Shown one piece after another: positions 26,701-30,265 of a stretch of DNA of 30,265 bases. The notes under the pieces were generated by a model. It did no database searches and was not told the DNA's origin. It was given only the letters and a program-made list of their open reading frames with translations. The translations under genes and the position numbers were made by a program. Within the stretch, counting starts at the first letter, position 1; every line of letters begins with the position of its first letter. Source of the DNA: a virus (Duplodnaviria > Caudoviricetes); IMG/VR virus record IMGVR_UViG_3300005590_000064, positions 1-30,265 of that record, one strand, 5' to 3'.

Positions 26701-28013
26701 TCATGCCCGTGTTCGTTCGCGGAACGCTGCGGACAGTCACGAAAGATGAGTATTATAACAATCTGAAAAAGCTGGGGTGGTCTGATGAAGACATGCGCGA
26801 CGGCATGCTTTACGAGCCGCTTCTGTTCGCAAAAGTCATTAATGAAGCCAAAGCGCTAGACTATGACGGGGTGCGTTTTGTCGGTGTGAAAGAAACCAGG
26901 TTTGGTTTTCCAGCTGATCAGGTTGTTATCTTTGACCCAAAGAATATCCGGTCCATAAACGCCGTATTCAATCCGAAGTTTGATGGATCTGCCGATATTC
27001 TAGCGGCCAAATCGTCCACTACGCACCTCGCGCCCAGTGAGCTGGCGCGGATGGATACGCTTTTCGTCAAGGATGATGCGGCGCAGATCTCGCGTGCCCT
27101 GGCCGAGGCTGCCGCGTGTGCAGGAGGTGTACCAATGGCTGGCATGGGACAGATGGTGGCCGGATCGGCCGTCGGGCTGGGAGTGGGGCTTGGCCTTGCC
27201 GGGATGGCGATGACCTACGGAACCGAGCAGCAGCGGGATGATCGCTGGGAAGAATGGTTCCAGACGGATCCGGACATGGAATTCGAACGGGAAGTGCGGG
27301 CCGAATATGAGCAATTGAAGGCGGAACGGGTCGAGCAACGCGCTGCCGCCTTGTGGCGTGTGCAGTTGCAGCGGGCGACAGGGGAGGCGTTCCGTGAAGA
27401 TATCGGCCGGCTTCCTGCCTATATGAGCCAGATGCAATATAATACGTGGGCGGAACGGTTCACAGGTGTGGCGGCCGCTTTTCTGGATGACATGATCGGT
27501 CATGAAAGCGATGGTGACTGGCAGGCAAAAGCGCCGACCAGTTCGGCAACCGGCGGTGCGCAATTCATCGCCTCGACCTGGCGCAAGATGATGAAGGAAT
27601 ACGGCCCGCAATACGGGCTGACCCTGGACCCGTATTCGGCCGATGCGGATGAGCGCCAGCGTGTTCTGGAGCTGCGAACAGATCCGCGCTGGGGCACAGT
27701 GATGGCCGCCCTGTTTGCCAAGGACAATGCGATCTGGTTGCAGTCGCGCCTCGGGCGGCCAGCCACCCAAAAGGATGCCTATCTTGCGCACTTCCTGGGC
27801 CGTGATGCCGCGCTGAAAATGCTGAAGGCCGCGCCGGATGCCAAGGCTCCGGATTTGTTCCCGACGGAAGCGAAGGCCAATCCCAATGTGTTCTATCATG
27901 GCGGCAACATGACCCGGCCGCGTAGCGTGAAAGAGGTCATAGCCCGGCAGACGTCCGGCTTTTCCGGTGATCCCCTGTTCATTCATCCTGACGTGGCGGA
28001 GGGGCGGACATGA
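23733..28013 (+). CDS. Polyvalent ejection protein: membrane region, ParB/Srx-like domain, unknown domain, ADP-ribosyltransferase (ART-PolyVal-like), TM, lytic transglycosylase
   Basis: GVLLVWE..YVANGHQR (ParB-like); FHGT..GIFFT..VMPVFVR..YDGV..VIFDPKNIRS (ART); HES..SSATGGAQFIASTW..AYLAHFLG (SLT-type transglycosylase). Confidence 0.85.
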   Translation: MGEFLEPDDLMPDFVPARADVLPDPSAGDIFGASMEAMRATDLTSSEAENQGRAFGEIWDGMLQSFDGDAAAMSEALQAQQPPALAGLDAEQRARLSVGMAYDLAQLERIRAYRNSLPPEQRETIPDPDRLEARAREIALQRYTEAEAVMSQARGFGEGAAKFGGGMAGAMTDPVNIAAMMIFKRPLTTFRGAVAYGAVTSGATELVLQPVVQDYRAEVGLPAGWDIGFQNVLYATLGGAVFGAGEGGLIKLGQALDARTRQGVATNVDLQVKEIVDRYAAGNLDAEGVKEEFAALAQRDPAFAAAIEISERTAAAEAALEENPFGLSPEAMEAHNARQIAGLADLAPEIDPELRPEDVAPADLPPAPAVAGAEIPQAWQDMGLEIVDYGSLARDPDRFQFKESDQDGVTDALRDVEAWEPERAGVLLVWEATDGTRYVANGHQRHALADRLTSAGADPISGPAFILRENEGVTAEAAMVRGALINIAEGSGTSLDAARILRADADAGATLPPRSPLVKEAKGISRLSDEAFGLVVNEKISPRWGALVGARVEDPALQSQIGLALQGVDPRTLTEAESIIQDLLTVPVVEGRTADLFGEADFKQALIAERAKAKAAALRLLSRDKRTFGTLTKEFQNIEAEGNRLDPAANREVEQQAARLKERIEREAHVKGEISDALSDAARSISEGEPVEAAARRLVQSLTGRAEGGGQRRSADAGGDGADPAEGATAGRRGANRLGTGLADLLKRQGDGTERVIAAYADAEDFGQSAFDLITKGKAPDASPAAANRLASAAVKWRGKVYKGKNHGDAVRAAEAASGETIAGISGGQGEAVAGFVDARGKFLSRTDAALSALASGQVTDPAVRRVIEARIKRGEDVPLTTEHVDFSAEGGRFTKASSLGHPGWDAARRAGIDLSPQARLKRAGEMGFNTDEMLFHGTSREFEAFDANAAKVSSSDQESGIFFTPRALTADQFARYASSEEGGSGKEIVMPVFVRGTLRTVTKDEYYNNLKKLGWSDEDMRDGMLYEPLLFAKVINEAKALDYDGVRFVGVKETRFGFPADQVVIFDPKNIRSINAVFNPKFDGSADILAAKSSTTHLAPSELARMDTLFVKDDAAQISRALAEAAACAGGVPMAGMGQMVAGSAVGLGVGLGLAGMAMTYGTEQQRDDRWEEWFQTDPDMEFEREVRAEYEQLKAERVEQRAAALWRVQLQRATGEAFREDIGRLPAYMSQMQYNTWAERFTGVAAAFLDDMIGHESDGDWQAKAPTSSATGGAQFIASTWRKMMKEYGPQYGLTLDPYSADADERQRVLELRTDPRWGTVMAALFAKDNAIWLQSRLGRPATQKDAYLAHFLGRDAALKMLKAAPDAKAPDLFPTEAKANPNVFYHGGNMTRPRSVKEVIARQTSGFSGDPLFIHPDVAEGRT

Positions 28014-29317
28014 CGCCGGACTGCCGGGTTCGCGTGGCGCGGGCGCTGGGCCGTGATTTGAGTGATGCCGAAGCCGGTGAACTGGACGCGAGGCTCGCCC
28101 GGTCCGAGCGGTATTTGAGAAAGAATGACCCTGAGTTTGGCGGGCTGGACCGCAAAGGCCAGTTGGCCCGCGCGGCGGATCATGCCAGCGGCCTGCTGCA
28201 GGCTGAGGCTGACGGGCTTGTGCGAAGCTATGATATCGGCTTCCGGCTAAGGGAGGCCGGCCGGGATGCGCTGGGGGCTGATTTCGACGCCCTGGAGCGA
28301 TCCGGCCGTGTCACGATGATGGACCGGGCCAGCGACCTGCCGCAATACCGTAATGGCGTTCATGATGATGCGCTGGCCGTCACGCTGGATGATGGGCGTG
28401 TCGTCATGTTCCGGGACCGGATGAGCCCCGAAGCCGTGCCGGAAATCCTGCTGCACGAGGTTGGCGTGCATGCCGGCATGGAAGGCTATCTGGGCAGGCA
28501 GGGCTGGCTGGATCTGAAACAGCAGGCGGCGGACATGCTGGCGGCGGGCGATGAGGCGGCCCTGCAGGCCGCTGCGAGGGTTCCGGGCGATACGTCGCCT
28601 GCGCATTATCTGGAAGAAGTGATTGCCCATTGGGTGCAATTCGGGCCAGCCAGGGACCAGCTGGTCAAGACGGCCATGGGGAAGATGCGCGCCTGGATTT
28701 ATCGCCATATTCCCTGGGTGCGCGGGCGCGTGAGCCTGACGCATGCGATGCTGAAGGAGCTGGCCCAGGGCGCGCTGCGCCGTGAGACACGGCAGGCGCG
28801 GAAACTGGTGCGCCAGGGAGACGGTCCGCTGGCGAGTGTGCCGGCCGACGGGCAGGGGCGGTTTGCAAAATCTACCTCCCGCGTTTTGCCCTTTGAGGAA
28901 TTTTCCGCAGAGATGCGCGCCATCCGCGATGACTGGGCTGATGACGAGATTGCGCGCGCCTATGATCTGCATCGCATGATCATGAGCGTTGGCTCTGGCG
29001 AGGCCGGGCGTGTGGCCCCGTCCGCGCGGCCGCAGGAGGCGCGCGAACCTGTGCCGGATCAGGGACTGCAGGCGATGGCCGAAGATGCGCTGGAAGCGCG
29101 CGGGGGAGCCGGGACGGATCTGATTGCCGACAGCGATGCGCTGGAGGCGCGGTTGCGTGAGGATATCGAGGCGAGCGGCGCAGATCCTGAAGCCGCGCAA
29201 ATCACTCATCCTGACACGAATGAAACTGTGGCGGTAAAGCAGGTTCTGGATGAACTGGACCGTGAGCGGTCCATTCTGGAGCGCCTGCGCGGCTGTGCCT
29301 ATCCGGGAGGGGCATGA
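28010..29317 (+). CDS. Ejection-cluster protein with a zincin-like metallopeptidase domain (polyvalent-protein type)
   Basis: ILLHEVGVHAG (HExxxH variant) and downstream LEEVIAH; GGAGG SD and ATGA coupling at both ends. Confidence 0.8.
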   Translation: MTPDCRVRVARALGRDLSDAEAGELDARLARSERYLRKNDPEFGGLDRKGQLARAADHASGLLQAEADGLVRSYDIGFRLREAGRDALGADFDALERSGRVTMMDRASDLPQYRNGVHDDALAVTLDDGRVVMFRDRMSPEAVPEILLHEVGVHAGMEGYLGRQGWLDLKQQAADMLAAGDEAALQAAARVPGDTSPAHYLEEVIAHWVQFGPARDQLVKTAMGKMRAWIYRHIPWVRGRVSLTHAMLKELAQGALRRETRQARKLVRQGDGPLASVPADGQGRFAKSTSRVLPFEEFSAEMRAIRDDWADDEIARAYDLHRMIMSVGSGEAGRVAPSARPQEAREPVPDQGLQAMAEDALEARGGAGTDLIADSDALEARLREDIEASGADPEAAQITHPDTNETVAVKQVLDELDRERSILERLRGCAYPGGA

Positions 29318-30265
29318 TGAGCTTTAAGGATTGTATCGACAATGGCGAAGCCGAAGGCGTGATCCCGCCGGACCGGGCAAAGCAATTGCGGGAAGAATAT
29401 GGGCGGCGGCGTGACAGCTATCGTGACCTGTTCGGGGAGGATGCCGACCGGCTGGCCGCTGAGCACACATTTGACGCGCTGGAAGCCGAAGCGGCGCGTC
29501 AGCGGAAAGTGAAGGTTCTTACCATCCGCGCGCAGCAAAAGCTGGCCTTCGACATGCGCAGCTTTCGGGACGAGTTGGGTCGCGAAGACATGAAACAGGC
29601 TGGCCTTGCCCTGCTGGACTCGACCGTGTTTCAGGGCGGCATCGAGGGGGCCGACGCGCGGTATAAATCCCTGCGCGGACATTTTCACCGCATGATCCCG
29701 GAAGCCCTGCAGAAATTCACGACCAGGCTGACCGGCCAGCGCCGCAACCAGGCAGATATCGACAGGATGACCGATGCGCTGTTTTCCGGCGAGTTCGGCA
29801 AGGATGTGGCGGGTGAGCTGGCGAAGGCCGTGCACGACGCCATGGAAAAGGCGCGTCAGATGTTCAATGCGGCGGGGGGCTCCATTCCCAAACTGGAACG
29901 CTACGGCGTGCCGCAGGCCCATAGTGAGACCCGAATTCTGGAAGCCGGCTATGAGGCCTGGCGGGATTTCCTGCTGCCGCTGCTCGACCGGCGGCGGATG
30001 CTGAGCCATGCGACCGGGCAACCGCTTTCGGATGCCGAGCTGGAGCTGGCGCTGCATGATGTCTTTGAGGCAATGCGGACCGATGGCTGGTCGCGCAAAT
30101 CGGCTTCGGACGCAATACGGGGAACCTCCCTGGCAAACCGTCGGACCGATCACCGTTTCCTGCATTTCAAGGACGGGCCAGCCTGGCGGACGTATCAGGA
30201 GCGTTTTGGCGATGGGGATGCCTGGTCAGCCGTGCTGGGCTATCTGGACGGCATGGCGCGCGACA
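29314..30265 (+). CDS. Large internal virion (ejection) protein, gp16-like, 3'-truncated; not in the ORF track
   Basis: Hand-translated open frame from ATG 29314 (MMSFKDCIDNGEAEG...) to the window end; FNAAGGSIPKLERYGVPQAH and HRFLHFKDGPAWRTYQERFG motifs; GGAGG SD. Confidence 0.85.
   Translation, partial: MMSFKDCIDNGEAEGVIPPDRAKQLREEYGRRRDSYRDLFGEDADRLAAEHTFDALEAEAARQRKVKVLTIRAQQKLAFDMRSFRDELGREDMKQAGLALLDSTVFQGGIEGADARYKSLRGHFHRMIPEALQKFTTRLTGQRRNQADIDRMTDALFSGEFGKDVAGELAKAVHDAMEKARQMFNAAGGSIPKLERYGVPQAHSETRILEAGYEAWRDFLLPLLDRRRMLSHATGQPLSDAELELALHDVFEAMRTDGWSRKSASDAIRGTSLANRRTDHRFLHFKDGPAWRTYQERFGDGDAWSAVLGYLDGMARD

Noticed and set aside
29299-30165. 288-aa minus-strand ORF
   Set aside because: Shadow of the truncated plus-strand gp16-like gene starting at 29314.
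1-30265. Diversity-generating retroelement, integrase/att site, tRNA or rRNA
   Set aside because: No reverse transcriptase, template/variable repeat pair, recombinase or structural RNA gene recognised in this window, so prophage versus free phage cannot be decided.

Overview
A GC-rich segment of a podovirus-type phage or prophage with a T7/BPP-1/epsilon15-like virion module, most likely from an alphaproteobacterial host (inferred from GC content and a CtrA-like winged-helix gene). The left part (1-7548, + strand) is a tightly coupled early/replication operon: ASCH protein, Toprim primase, CtrA-like wHTH, SF3 helicase, small hypotheticals and a three-domain Tad2 (DUF2829) anti-defence sponge fusion. 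A convergent minus-strand pair follows (4-TM membrane protein and HTH, 7549-8855), then a repeat-rich non-coding region that may be the replication origin (8856-9499). The right part is the late operon: TerS, TerL, portal, scaffold, major capsid, tail tube A/B, a gp13-like GNAT protein and a large ejection-protein cluster that runs off the window end. Most notable: (i) a 1426-aa polyvalent ejection protein (ParB-like, unknown domain, ADP-ribosyltransferase, TM, lytic transglycosylase) with a perfect internal Shine-Dalgarno before the transglycosylase part; (ii) only four cysteines in about 3,100 codons of ejection proteins, all at module ends, suggesting a Cys-docked daisy chain with an inserted metallopeptidase link; (iii) the Tad2 fusion with two uncharacterised flanking domains. 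All family assignments come from motif recognition by eye; no database searches were run.
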